In this document: positions 24,619 to 33,290 of the stretch, piece after piece
Layout of the letters: every line of letters begins with the position of its first letter
How positions within the stretch are numbered: position 1 is the stretch's first letter
Source of the DNA: Patescibacteria group bacterium
GTDB lineage: Bacteria; Patescibacteriota; Minisyncoccia; Phycocordibacterales; 21-14-all-36-13
Assembly (NCBI GenBank): GCA_018899555.1
Contig: JAHIHZ010000023.1
Location: 1 to 44,980 of the forward strand
Length of the DNA: 44,980 nucleotides
Direction: 5' to 3'
Translations under genes and position numbers: made by a program
The notes under the pieces: generated by a model
Told to the model about the DNA's origin: nothing
Database searches by the model: none
What the model saw: only the letters and a program-made list of their open reading frames with translations

Positions 24619-25746
24619 TCATTTTTCATGTTCTAGGGCAATACTAAGAAGTTCTCTGGCAATTATTTTTGCTGAATCAGTTTTGGCAAATAATTTTGTC
24701 GCACTAATCATATTATTTCTTTTTATCTCATTATTCATAATTTCTTCTATTTGGGAGATTAGAATATCGTCCGAAAGGTTATTTTCTTCTATAACTACAC
24801 AAGCCCCAGTAGAAGCATAGTTAAAGGCATTTCTTCTCTGATGATTTCCATTGGATTCTGTAATCGGGATTATTATACTTGGGAGGCCCCAAACTGCTAT
24901 TTGAAAAATTGTTGAACCGGCTCTTGAAATAATTAAATCAGCGACTCCCACAGACATTTTCATTGCGACTGTATTCAAATAAGAGAAAGGTTTGTATCTA
25001 TTTTTATACTTACTATTTTTTAATTCTATATCTGCCAAATTTTTTGTTTCCTCAAAATTTTTTTCTCCTGTTTGGTGGATAATTTGATATTTTTCTACAA
25101 GTTTTGATAGTGAGTCAATGATTACATTATTTATTGTTTGAGACCCCAATGACCCGCCTATTATAAAAATTACGGGAACATCTTTTTCTAATTTCAGAAA
25201 TTCTGCCGCGCCTGTTTCTGATGACCTCAATAATTCTTTTTTTATAGGATTACCAGTCAGAGCTATTTTTTCTTCAGGAAAATAATTTGATGCTTCTGGA
25301 TAGGAAATAGCAATTTTACGAGCAAATTTTCCAGCCCATTTATTAACTTTCCCGGGGATGCTATCTGATTCGTGGATTATTAATGGAATTTTAAAAATTT
25401 TAGACGCTAAAACAACCGGGAAACTTCCATAACCTCCTTTTGAAAAAATTACATCCGGGAAAATATTAAACACTACAAAAATACTTTTTACTATTCCCCA
25501 CCCCGTTTTAAATAAATCAAAGAAATTCATTAAAGAAAAATATCTTCTTAATTTTCCCGCAGATATTTTTCTATACTCTATACCAAGTTCAAAAAGCGCC
25601 CTTTTATCATAAGGGTCGGGCGCCAAAAAAAATAGGTCTGGTTCTAATAGATTTTCATCTTTAACTATTTCTCTAATTTCTTCAGCAACGGCAATAATTG
25701 GATCAAAATGTCCACCCGTGCCCCCGCCTGTAAATACGATTTTCAT
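24619..25746 (-). CDS. murG: UDP-N-acetylglucosamine--N-acetylmuramyl-(pentapeptide) pyrophosphoryl-undecaprenol GlcNAc transferase MurG
   Basis: MKIVFTGGGTGGHFDPIIAVAEEI is at the N-terminus. The product has the GT28 architecture and lies downstream of ftsW. Confidence 0.95.
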   Translation of the reverse strand: MKIVFTGGGTGGHFDPIIAVAEEIREIVKDENLLEPDLFFLAPDPYDKRALFELGIEYRKISAGKLRRYFSLMNFFDLFKTGWGIVKSIFVVFNIFPDVIFSKGGYGSFPVVLASKIFKIPLIIHESDSIPGKVNKWAGKFARKIAISYPEASNYFPEEKIALTGNPIKKELLRSSETGAAEFLKLEKDVPVIFIIGGSLGSQTINNVIIDSLSKLVEKYQIIHQTGEKNFEETKNLADIELKNSKYKNRYKPFSYLNTVAMKMSVGVADLIISRAGSTIFQIAVWGLPSIIIPITESNGNHQRRNAFNYASTGACVVIEENNLSDDILISQIEEIMNNEIKRNNMISATKLFAKTDSAKIIARELLSIALEHEK

Positions 25747-25843
25747 CTTATTTATTATATAATAAAGTTATCTCAAAACAAACGAAGTAAATTTGTGATA
25801 TTTAATTTAAAATTAAAAAATCAACCCGCCTGTCGGCAGGCAG

Positions 25844-25960
25844 GTAAAATGACAATGTAAAATGTTAAAATTACTAAACAAATTTTATGAAAGAAAATTT
25901 GCATTTAATTGATTGTTCGCCTGCCTCCGCAGGCAGGCCTTCGGCGAACTCCACAACTTT
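25844..25960. repeat. Left copy of the about 100-bp inverted repeat flanking ftsW (AAAATGACAATGTAAAAT family)
   Basis: gtaaaatgacaatgtaaaatgttaaaat (25844-25871) is the exact reverse complement of 27309-27336. The similarity continues through gaaagaaaatttgcatttaatt and the gccttcggc hairpin. Confidence 0.85.
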
Positions 25961-26097
25961 ACATTCCCGCCTGCCATCACCTGAAGCCATATAAGTTTTG
26001 TTTGTCATTAATAGTGGTTATTGATTGTTAAGGATTGTGTGTCCACGAAAGGTTGGCTCTGGGCTTTGGCGGGCAGGTTGAGATTTACATTTTGCAT

Positions 26098-27204
26098 TTA
26101 TACCGCTTTGCGGTATTTAGACACATTTAGCACAATTCCAACAGATGCAAGGGCAAAAAATAAAGCGGTTCCGCCCTTACTTACAAATATCAGCGGCATT
26201 CCCGTTATTGGGCTCACCCCTAACATTGACGCGATATTTATACTTGATTGAGTTATTATCAACAATATAATTCCAACAACAAGCAATCTACCAAAATTTG
26301 TCGGGGCTCTTGAAGCAATTTTAAAACCACGAAATGTAAAGACAAGAAATAAAATAAATAAAACAATACTTCCAACAAACCCCCACTCTTCTGCGAAAAC
26401 TGCGAATATTGAATCCCCTATGGGTTCAGGAAGAGAACTAAATTTTTGTATACTTTGTCCAAAACCCCTACCAAACATCCCTCCAGAACCAATTGCAATG
26501 AGAGATTGTTGTATTTGATATCCCGACCCAGTAGGATCTCGCCCCGGGTCAAAATATGTTAAAACCCTATCTTTTAAGTAGGAATACTGTTCAAAAGAAG
26601 TGAGTATTATAAATCCTATTGATATAACTACAATTAAACCAAGTATGTGTTTCCACTTTCCTCCGCTAACCAAAAACATACCCATCCCTGTTATCACTAT
26701 TACAATTAAGGTTCCTGTGTCTGGTTGCCCGAGTAGAATTCCTGCAATAATTCCAATCATTATACAAAAAGGGATAATCCCATATTTTAAAGATAAAATT
26801 TTTGTTTTTACACCGGCAAGCCATGCTGAAAAATAAATCACAAATCCTATTTTTAATAATTCTGCTGGTTGAAATGAGAATGGACCGAGTGATAACCACC
26901 TTGTTGCTCCACCGTGTTTAATACCTACATCGGGAATAAAAACTAGGGCTGTTAATATCAAAGACCCCAAAAATATATAAAAAGCATATTTATTCCAAAC
27001 TTTATAATTTATTTTTGAAAATAAAATGAGCGCCAATGAACCAAGAAAAACACCCAAGAAAATTTGATTGAAAGCAACCGAAGAAAAACTTGCTCCATCT
27101 CTTGCCAATAAACCAAGTGATGCCGATGTAAAAATAAAAAGCCCCCCCAAAACCATAATAGCCGTTGTCAATAGAAATATTTTATCTATTTTGTGTTCGC
27201 GCAT
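26098..27204 (-). CDS. ftsW: SEDS-family peptidoglycan glycosyltransferase FtsW
   Basis: The product is a 368-aa polytopic membrane protein of the FtsW/RodA type (PDTGT, GGMFGRGFGQS, LPEPIGDSIFAVFAEEWGF). Its position between mraY and murG supports the FtsW call. Confidence 0.88.
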   Translation of the reverse strand: MREHKIDKIFLLTTAIMVLGGLFIFTSASLGLLARDGASFSSVAFNQIFLGVFLGSLALILFSKINYKVWNKYAFYIFLGSLILTALVFIPDVGIKHGGATRWLSLGPFSFQPAELLKIGFVIYFSAWLAGVKTKILSLKYGIIPFCIMIGIIAGILLGQPDTGTLIVIVITGMGMFLVSGGKWKHILGLIVVISIGFIILTSFEQYSYLKDRVLTYFDPGRDPTGSGYQIQQSLIAIGSGGMFGRGFGQSIQKFSSLPEPIGDSIFAVFAEEWGFVGSIVLFILFLVFTFRGFKIASRAPTNFGRLLVVGIILLIITQSSINIASMLGVSPITGMPLIFVSKGGTALFFALASVGIVLNVSKYRKAV

Positions 27205-27240
27205 GATATAAAGTTAAAAATGTAAAAATCAAAATGTAAA

Positions 27241-27342
27241 ATTGTGGGATTTGCCTTCGGCAAATAAATAATTAGATGCAAATTTTCTTCCAGAAAATTT
27301 GCTCAACGATTTTAACATTTTACATTGTCATTTTACACTTTG
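27241..27342. repeat. Right (inverted) copy of the repeat flanking ftsW
   Basis: attttaacattttacattgtcattttacactttg lies at 27309-27342. Upstream of it are gatgcaaattttcttcca and the atttgccttcggcaaat hairpin. Confidence 0.85.
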
Positions 27343-27366
27343 AAATTTGCACTTTAAATTTTTGCG

Positions 27367-28419
27367 TTACTTTAGTAACGCAATTATGACTCCAACAAAC
27401 GCAAAGACCATACTTATTACCCAATAACGCATCGCAACCTTATGTCCGGGCCACCCTTTCGCTTCAAAATGATGATGTAGTGGTGCTACTAAAAAAACTT
27501 TTTTCCCCCGTATTTTTTTTGAGAGGACCTGAATTATAACTGAGAGTGTAGTTATGATTAAAGGAAACGCTATTATTGGAAGCAGTAAAACTTCTTTTGT
27601 AAGAAATGCCACAACCGCCAGGGTCATTGTTAGCGCCATACTACCTGTTTCTGACATGTAAAATCTCGCTGGAGGAATATTGAACCAAAGAAAAGCCAAA
27701 AGACCCCCAACTATAACAAAACAGAAAGTTGCAAGGTCAATTTGATTTTGGGCGAATGCTAAAATTCCGTATGCAGCAAATATTGAAGAAAAAACTCCGC
27801 CAGAAAGACCGTCTATCCCATCTATAACCCCCCCAGAATATATCCCCAACATTACGATTATAAAAAAAGGTAAGAACAAAAATCCTATATTTAAATCTCC
27901 CACGAGAGGTATCGCGATAGATGTCATTTCAAGTTTTGAATAAAACCACCAAGCTCCTATTAGTGAAACGACAAATACTACCAATAATCTTTTTTTCAAC
28001 GATAACCCACCTGCTAAATAATCTTTTTTTCCTTTAACTTCAAAATAATCGTCAATCAAACCAATCAGGGCTCCTACTAATAAAGTAAATAAAGGCAACC
28101 ATGTCTGGTTTCTACTAAAGAAATTTAATTTTGAGGTTATTTCAAAATTAAAAATATAAGGCAATATTAAAAAAAATAAAGTTGTTAAAATTACACTACC
28201 CCAAACCACAATTCCACCCATTTTAGGAGTCCCAACCTCTTTTCCTTTGTGTAATTCATCAAATATAGGAGTGTCACCACCACCAATAGCTTTTTTACCG
28301 GTACTCTTTTTCCACATTTTGTGCTTATACAAATAGTTTATTATGATAGGCGCGAAACCAATACCTATAAAAAAGGCAACGGCGGATGGTGTAAATACTT
28401 TTATTATGTTTAAAATCAT
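27367..28419 (-). CDS. mraY: Phospho-N-acetylmuramoyl-pentapeptide-transferase MraY
   Basis: The product is a 350-aa polytopic protein with GTPKMGG, LIGLIDDYFEV, DGIDGLSGG and APLHHHFE. Confidence 0.95.
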   Translation of the reverse strand: MILNIIKVFTPSAVAFFIGIGFAPIIINYLYKHKMWKKSTGKKAIGGGDTPIFDELHKGKEVGTPKMGGIVVWGSVILTTLFFLILPYIFNFEITSKLNFFSRNQTWLPLFTLLVGALIGLIDDYFEVKGKKDYLAGGLSLKKRLLVVFVVSLIGAWWFYSKLEMTSIAIPLVGDLNIGFLFLPFFIIVMLGIYSGGVIDGIDGLSGGVFSSIFAAYGILAFAQNQIDLATFCFVIVGGLLAFLWFNIPPARFYMSETGSMALTMTLAVVAFLTKEVLLLPIIAFPLIITTLSVIIQVLSKKIRGKKVFLVAPLHHHFEAKGWPGHKVAMRYWVISMVFAFVGVIIALLK

Positions 28420-28537
28420 AAAATCATTAAATCACTAAATCATAAAATCAATAAATTCAAAATCTCTTAATGAGATTTTGAATCCACCCCACTGAAATAT
28501 CCTCTGGATTTCACGGGGTAAGTAATATTTTTTTACC

Positions 28538-28565
28538 TTGACAATATTTTAGGGTTTGCTATAAT
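28538..28565 (+). promoter_or_regulatory. Near-consensus sigma70-type promoter with extended -10 and no ORF downstream
   Basis: TTGACA is at 28538-28543, followed by a 16-nt spacer ending in TGc, then TATAAT at 28560-28565. Confidence 0.6.
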
Positions 28566-28571
28566 ATACAA

Positions 28572-28698
28572 AGACCTGATAATACGATGATTTATGCTCA
28601 AGATTTTTGTTCAACTTTTTGAGATGAAGAATAGAAATCTTGATAAATGACCATTGGCCACCCCCGTTAAAATAAACAGCAGTTGGGGTGGCTTTTTT
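28572..28698 (+). ncRNA. Candidate about 125-nt small RNA (promoter-to-terminator unit without a credible ORF)
   Basis: The unit starts about 7 nt after the -10 box. It ends at the stem gccacccc (28657-28664) / ggggtggc (28685-28692) plus TTTTTT (28693-28698). An internal 9-bp stem tcaagattt/aaatcttga is present. It lies antisense to the flanking minus-strand genes' spacer. Confidence 0.4.
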
Positions 28699-29716
28699 AT
28701 TCCTCTATATTTTTATATGTGAAAACAGCATCTACTATTTTTTTTATGTCTTCAAATCTTCCCTCTTTTGATGACCCGAGAATAGAGACAATAACCGGTC
28801 TCATCATCCCATTATCAAAAGCCACAACAAGATTTCCTCCAGCTAAATCTGTATATCCAGTTTTTGAAGCTATTATCCATGGGATATTGTCTATTATTTC
28901 ATTTGTATTCTCTGTATTGTGAACCTTATCTTCGGATTTTAAACTTAAGTTTTTATAAGAGGTTGCCTCAAGTATCCATGGTTTATTCTTAATAATATGG
29001 TCAAAAAGCATTGTGATATCTCGAGCCGACCCATATGATCCACTTAAATAATTTTCATCAATATCTAATCCCGATTCATTCAAAAAGTATGTTTGTTTTA
29101 AATTTAACTCTTTTGCTTTTTTGTTCATTTTTTCCGCAAAAGACATAATCTCGTTTTCAGATTCTTTTTTTGAGATGGATTGAACGGCAGTAGCAACGGC
29201 GCTGGCACCGTCATTTGAAGAAGAAATCAAAGTAAAATCAAGCAAATTTTTTAGATTCCATCTCTCATTATCTATAAGACCATTATTACCATCATGTTTT
29301 AAATTTTCTTTATCTATTTTGACTATTATATTTTTATCATCATAATCGCTTGCAACCAACGCTGTCATAACTTTTGATAAAGAGGCCAAAGGTAATTGCG
29401 TTTCTGAATTTTTTGAAAAAATTTCTCTTTGATTATAAACATCCCAAACAAACACTGCTGTTGCTTCTAGAGGAACTTGTTCCAGTTTTAATATGAGAAT
29501 TTTATTCGGTAAAATTTCTTGTTTAGAAATATTATTTATTCCATTTTCATTAAAAGAAAAAAAAGATAAATAAACAACAATAGAAAAAAATAAAACCACC
29601 AAAATAGAGGGGATAATTTTTATTGGATTTTTTTGAGAATCTAAAATATTTTTTTCTTCTTCAATCATAATTATTTTATAATATTTACCCTGTGGAATAT
29701 AATACTTTGGTACCAT
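28697..29716 (-). CDS. Serine-type D-Ala-D-Ala carboxypeptidase (S11, PBP5/DacA-like)
   Basis: SxxK (ASLSKVMT), SxN (SSSND) and KTG (SKTGYT) are present, with an N-terminal TM helix. Confidence 0.88.
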   Translation of the reverse strand: MVPKYYIPQGKYYKIIMIEEEKNILDSQKNPIKIIPSILVVLFFSIVVYLSFFSFNENGINNISKQEILPNKILILKLEQVPLEATAVFVWDVYNQREIFSKNSETQLPLASLSKVMTALVASDYDDKNIIVKIDKENLKHDGNNGLIDNERWNLKNLLDFTLISSSNDGASAVATAVQSISKKESENEIMSFAEKMNKKAKELNLKQTYFLNESGLDIDENYLSGSYGSARDITMLFDHIIKNKPWILEATSYKNLSLKSEDKVHNTENTNEIIDNIPWIIASKTGYTDLAGGNLVVAFDNGMMRPVIVSILGSSKEGRFEDIKKIVDAVFTYKNIEE

Positions 29717-29764
29717 AAAACCTAAAAGTTTTCATTCCACAGAGTAGATATTATCATTTTATCC

Positions 29765-30394
29765 TTATTTTCCAAAACTTTTCTTTTCCCCACCGATTTC
29801 ATCAGATTGTTCAAAACTGTCATCATTCTCATTTTTAAACATTTCTTTGAATTCATCAATTGATTGTGTTATTTTTTCATATTCTGGCAGTTCTTCTATT
29901 TTTTTAAGGCCGAGAAAAGAAATTAAATCAATTGTGGGACCATATAAGTAGGTTCTTTTATCTTTCTTATTTTCCTCCTTTTTTATGAGCCCGCGGACAA
30001 GTAAGCTTCTTAATATTGTGGCTGAATTAACACCTCTTATATAATCAATGTCGGGTTTTGATATGGGCCCTTTATATAAAACAATTGTTAAAGTCTCCAA
30101 ACTCGCCTTCCCAAGATTTCTTGTTAATTCTTCTTTTCTCATCTTTTCTATAATTTCAGACATCTCTTTTGTCGTTCCTAACATTACTTTATCTTCAAGG
30201 GAAATTAATTTGATTCCTCTATCCTGAAGTTTTTCTTCAAGTATTTTTAAATTTTTTCTTATTTCAAAAATACCTACATCAAAAATATCTGCCAGTTCTT
30301 TTACAGACATCGGTTCTCCTTTATAAAAAAGTATTGATTCTATTTTTGCATCCAAATTTATTTGATTCATTGCTTCATTGTTTTCTTGTTTCAT
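29765..30394 (-). CDS. scpB: Segregation and condensation protein B
   Basis: ESILFYKGEPMSVKELADIF...TLTIVLYKGPISKPDIDYIRGVNSATILRSLLVRGLI is present. The gene lies directly downstream of scpA. Confidence 0.92.
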   Translation of the reverse strand: MKQENNEAMNQINLDAKIESILFYKGEPMSVKELADIFDVGIFEIRKNLKILEEKLQDRGIKLISLEDKVMLGTTKEMSEIIEKMRKEELTRNLGKASLETLTIVLYKGPISKPDIDYIRGVNSATILRSLLVRGLIKKEENKKDKRTYLYGPTIDLISFLGLKKIEELPEYEKITQSIDEFKEMFKNENDDSFEQSDEIGGEKKSFGK

Positions 30395-30408
30395 TGTTTT
30401 ATTGTTTT

Positions 30409-31164
30409 TTAGTATTTTGGCACTGTCGGTTTATTATTTTCTAACTCTATATCTTCAAAATGATTTTCTTGTTTAGCCAAAATAATTTCCTGCTTCACAA
30501 GTTCTAAAAGTGCCAAAAAACTAATAATCACATTAATTTTTTCTGATTTTCCCTTTTTTGAAAATTCATTAAAACTCAATTTAAAACTTCCTTGAACCCT
30601 ATCTCTTAAATTATCTATAATTTCCTCCAATTTTACCACCTTTTTTACTTTTGTTGATGGAATTTTTTCTTTCTTTGGCAATCTGTCAATAAGCTTTTTT
30701 ATTGCAGAAAATAAATTTTCTATTGATATATCTCCGCTCGGAGAAAAGACGGGCTCTATATCAACAAAATATTCTCTTTCAAATATCTTATCTCCCGAGG
30801 CAAGTTCATTAACATACTGGCTCAAACTTCTCATTTGTTGATATAGTTTTAATCTCGTTTCTAAGTATTCAATATTTAATTCCTCCTCTTCTGTAAGGTC
30901 GAGGTTTGGTAATAATGATTTAGATTTTATTAACAGAAGGGTTGATGCTATCAGAAGAAAATCTGCTACATGGGGGACATCAAAATTTTCCAAGTTATTA
31001 ACATATTTAATATAATCGTCTGTGACCTGAGCAAGGGAAATATCATTTACGAACAGTTTTCGTTTTTCTATGAGCTCTAAAAGTAGATCTAAAGGGCCTT
31101 CAAAAACATTTGTTTTGGTTATAAATGTTTTTGAAGTGGTCTGGTTAATTATTTCTTTCATCAT
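30409..31164 (-). CDS. scpA: Segregation and condensation protein A
   Basis: FEGPLDLLLELIEKRKLFVNDISLAQVTDDY is present. The product is 251 aa. Confidence 0.92.
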   Translation of the reverse strand: MMKEIINQTTSKTFITKTNVFEGPLDLLLELIEKRKLFVNDISLAQVTDDYIKYVNNLENFDVPHVADFLLIASTLLLIKSKSLLPNLDLTEEEELNIEYLETRLKLYQQMRSLSQYVNELASGDKIFEREYFVDIEPVFSPSGDISIENLFSAIKKLIDRLPKKEKIPSTKVKKVVKLEEIIDNLRDRVQGSFKLSFNEFSKKGKSEKINVIISFLALLELVKQEIILAKQENHFEDIELENNKPTVPKY

Positions 31165-31246
31165 TGACTTTTTATTGAAGTTATTATATATTTAAAACTG
31201 AACGATCTTTAAAATCTAATAAATTATAACATAAAAAGGAGAATCT

Positions 31247-31643
31247 ATGGATTTTTATAATTCCGAAGAAGAAAAAGAGCCAGCATATATAACTGCCAAA
31301 GCAAGAATATCTCCTCTGGTAACCCTGTTAAATAGGTCTTCCCCAGACGGGGAAAGAAAAGAAATATTTTCGGACGGAGAAAAAAAAAGAAATATTCAAT
31401 CGTCTTATAAATTTGGGAAAAAATGTTTCAAAAAAACTTGAAATTGTTTTCAACAAACTTAAAGACGAAGATGAGATGGAAGTAATTGCCTTTGATATAG
31501 GCAGAATTCAAAAACTTACTAAAAAAATTAAAGATAACCCAGATGATATTGTTTTTTTTAAGCAGGCCCTTGAATATATTGGAATAGTCAATCAGGCCAT
31601 GGAGGAAACATATTCTGAATATCTAGAACAAAAAATAAAATAA
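31247..31643 (+). pseudogene. Hypothetical about 131-aa ORF split by a 1-nt frame change in an A9 run (listed as 31247..31441 and 31413..31643)
   Basis: An AGGAG RBS precedes 31247. The second frame is open from 31332 but has no ATG or RBS of its own. The A9 run at 31380-31388 sits in the overlap, and removing one A joins ...FSDGEKK to EIFNRLINLGKNV... Confidence 0.5.
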
Positions 31644-31658
31644 ATATTAGGAGGAATT

Positions 31659-31784
31659 ATGCATTTTTTAGTTGAAGGACTTTTATCAAATATTGATTTA
31701 TTTTCTTCAAACAAAACAAATCAAAAACTAATTAAATGCAGGGATTACAAGTGCAGAAAAGGAAAAGAATACTCTCCGTATTGA
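31659..31784 (+). CDS. 41-aa micro-ORF, below the track cutoff
   Basis: AGGAGG lies 5 nt upstream of the ATG (taggaggaattATG). The product is MHFLVEGLLSNIDLFSSNKTNQKLIKCRDYKCRKGKEYSPY. A strong terminator follows. Confidence 0.5.
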   Translation: MHFLVEGLLSNIDLFSSNKTNQKLIKCRDYKCRKGKEYSPY

Positions 31785-31793
31785 TAACCACAT

Positions 31794-31836
31794 TAAAATC
31801 ACGACACCTTAATTAAGGTGTCGTGATTATTTTTTT
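31794..31836. terminator. Strong bidirectional hairpin terminator
   Basis: aaaatcacgacacc ttaatt aaggtgtcgtgatt atttttttg lies between the + micro-ORF and the aspS stop. Confidence 0.85.
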
Positions 31837-31854
31837 GTCTGCATAAGTCCGCGT

Positions 31855-33270
31855 TCAGTTCGCATTTTTAGTCCGCGTTTTCTTGATTTCTATTCCCAAC
31901 TCGTCCAACTGCGTTTTTGAAATTTCAGCCGGCGAGTCCATAAGCAAATCCCTGCCGTCGCCTGTTTTTGGAAATGCAATTACTTCGCGAATACTTAGTT
32001 CATTTTGCAAGAGCATCATTAACCTATCTATTCCCCACGCAATTCCTCCATGAGGAGGTGTCCCCGAAGAAAATGTCCTCATCATATGCCCAAAATTTTT
32101 TTCAATGTCTTCTTCTTTGTGCCCCATTATTTCAAAAACTTTCCTAAGAGCCTCTGGTCTGTGATTTCTTATGCTTCCACCCCCTATTTCATTACCATTC
32201 AAAACAATGTCATATTGGTCTGTTAAAATTTCTCCAATGTTTTTCTTATTCATCAAATCATCATAAAATTCATTTTTTGGTGCAGAAAATGGATTGTGTG
32301 TAAATGTCCACTTTTTACTTTTTTCATCCTTTTCAAAAAATGGAAAATCAATAATCCAACAAAACGCCAACAAATTAGAATCATCTGCGTTTTTTCTTAG
32401 ATCAGGACTATCCTTTTTATATTTTTCCATAGCTTCTTTGTATGTGAGTCGTGGAAATGGAATTTCTTGAATCTTTTTCTTCGGATAATTTTTTTGTATG
32501 ACTTCTATAAGTGCTTTTTCATTTATATTCATTACATCTTTTTTTTCAACAAAACTCATTTCCAAGTCCATTTGTGTAAATTCCGGTTGTCTATCTCCCC
32601 TGCTATCTTCATCTCTCATACATCTTGCGATTTGAAAATATTTTTCCATACCAGAGGCCATTAGGAGTTGTTTATATTGTTGTGGTGCCTGTGGAAGAGC
32701 ATAAAATTTTCCGTTTTGGGTTCTTGAAGGGACAACAAAATCGCGCGCTCCTTCCGGAGTTGATTTCGTGAGAATTGGAGTCTCAATCTCTATAAATCCT
32801 TCTTTATCAAAGAAATCTCTTATTGATTTAATTACATTATGCCTATTTCTTATGTTCTTTTGCATTCTATCTCTGCGTAAATCCAAATATCTATATTTCA
32901 TTCTTATTTCTTCATTAATATCCTTTCCATCTGAATTTATTTCAAAAGCGGGAGTTTCGGCCTCGTTTAAAATTTTAATTTCTTTGATTTCAATTTCTAT
33001 ATCACCGTTTTCTTGGTCTTTATTTACCATCTTTTCGGGTCTTTTGTTTACCAACCCGGAAATTTCTAAAACCCATTCATTACGAACCGTGTTTGCAATT
33101 TTATGAGCACTCTCGTGATTAGGCAATGCAACCATTTGGACAATTCCACTTTTATCTCGCAGGTCAATAAAGATAAGTTTTCCATGGTCGCGACGAACAT
33201 TAACCCAACCAGCAAGAACCACCTCAGAGTCAATATGTTTTTTTAGATCTTTAATATATATACGATTCAT
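31855..33270 (-). CDS. aspS: Aspartate--tRNA ligase, bacterial-type core but lacking the GAD insertion domain (ATG at 33270; the track's TTG start is at 33294)
   Basis: FQIARCMRDEDSRGDRQPEFTQMDLEMSF is class II motif 2 of the bacterial type, and HNPFSAP and GGGSIR are present. Only about 95 aa separate motif 2 from HNPF. The product is 471 aa. Confidence 0.93.
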   Translation of the reverse strand: MNRIYIKDLKKHIDSEVVLAGWVNVRRDHGKLIFIDLRDKSGIVQMVALPNHESAHKIANTVRNEWVLEISGLVNKRPEKMVNKDQENGDIEIEIKEIKILNEAETPAFEINSDGKDINEEIRMKYRYLDLRRDRMQKNIRNRHNVIKSIRDFFDKEGFIEIETPILTKSTPEGARDFVVPSRTQNGKFYALPQAPQQYKQLLMASGMEKYFQIARCMRDEDSRGDRQPEFTQMDLEMSFVEKKDVMNINEKALIEVIQKNYPKKKIQEIPFPRLTYKEAMEKYKKDSPDLRKNADDSNLLAFCWIIDFPFFEKDEKSKKWTFTHNPFSAPKNEFYDDLMNKKNIGEILTDQYDIVLNGNEIGGGSIRNHRPEALRKVFEIMGHKEEDIEKNFGHMMRTFSSGTPPHGGIAWGIDRLMMLLQNELSIREVIAFPKTGDGRDLLMDSPAEISKTQLDELGIEIKKTRTKNAN

Positions 33271-33290
33271 AATAATTATAATTTTAAATT

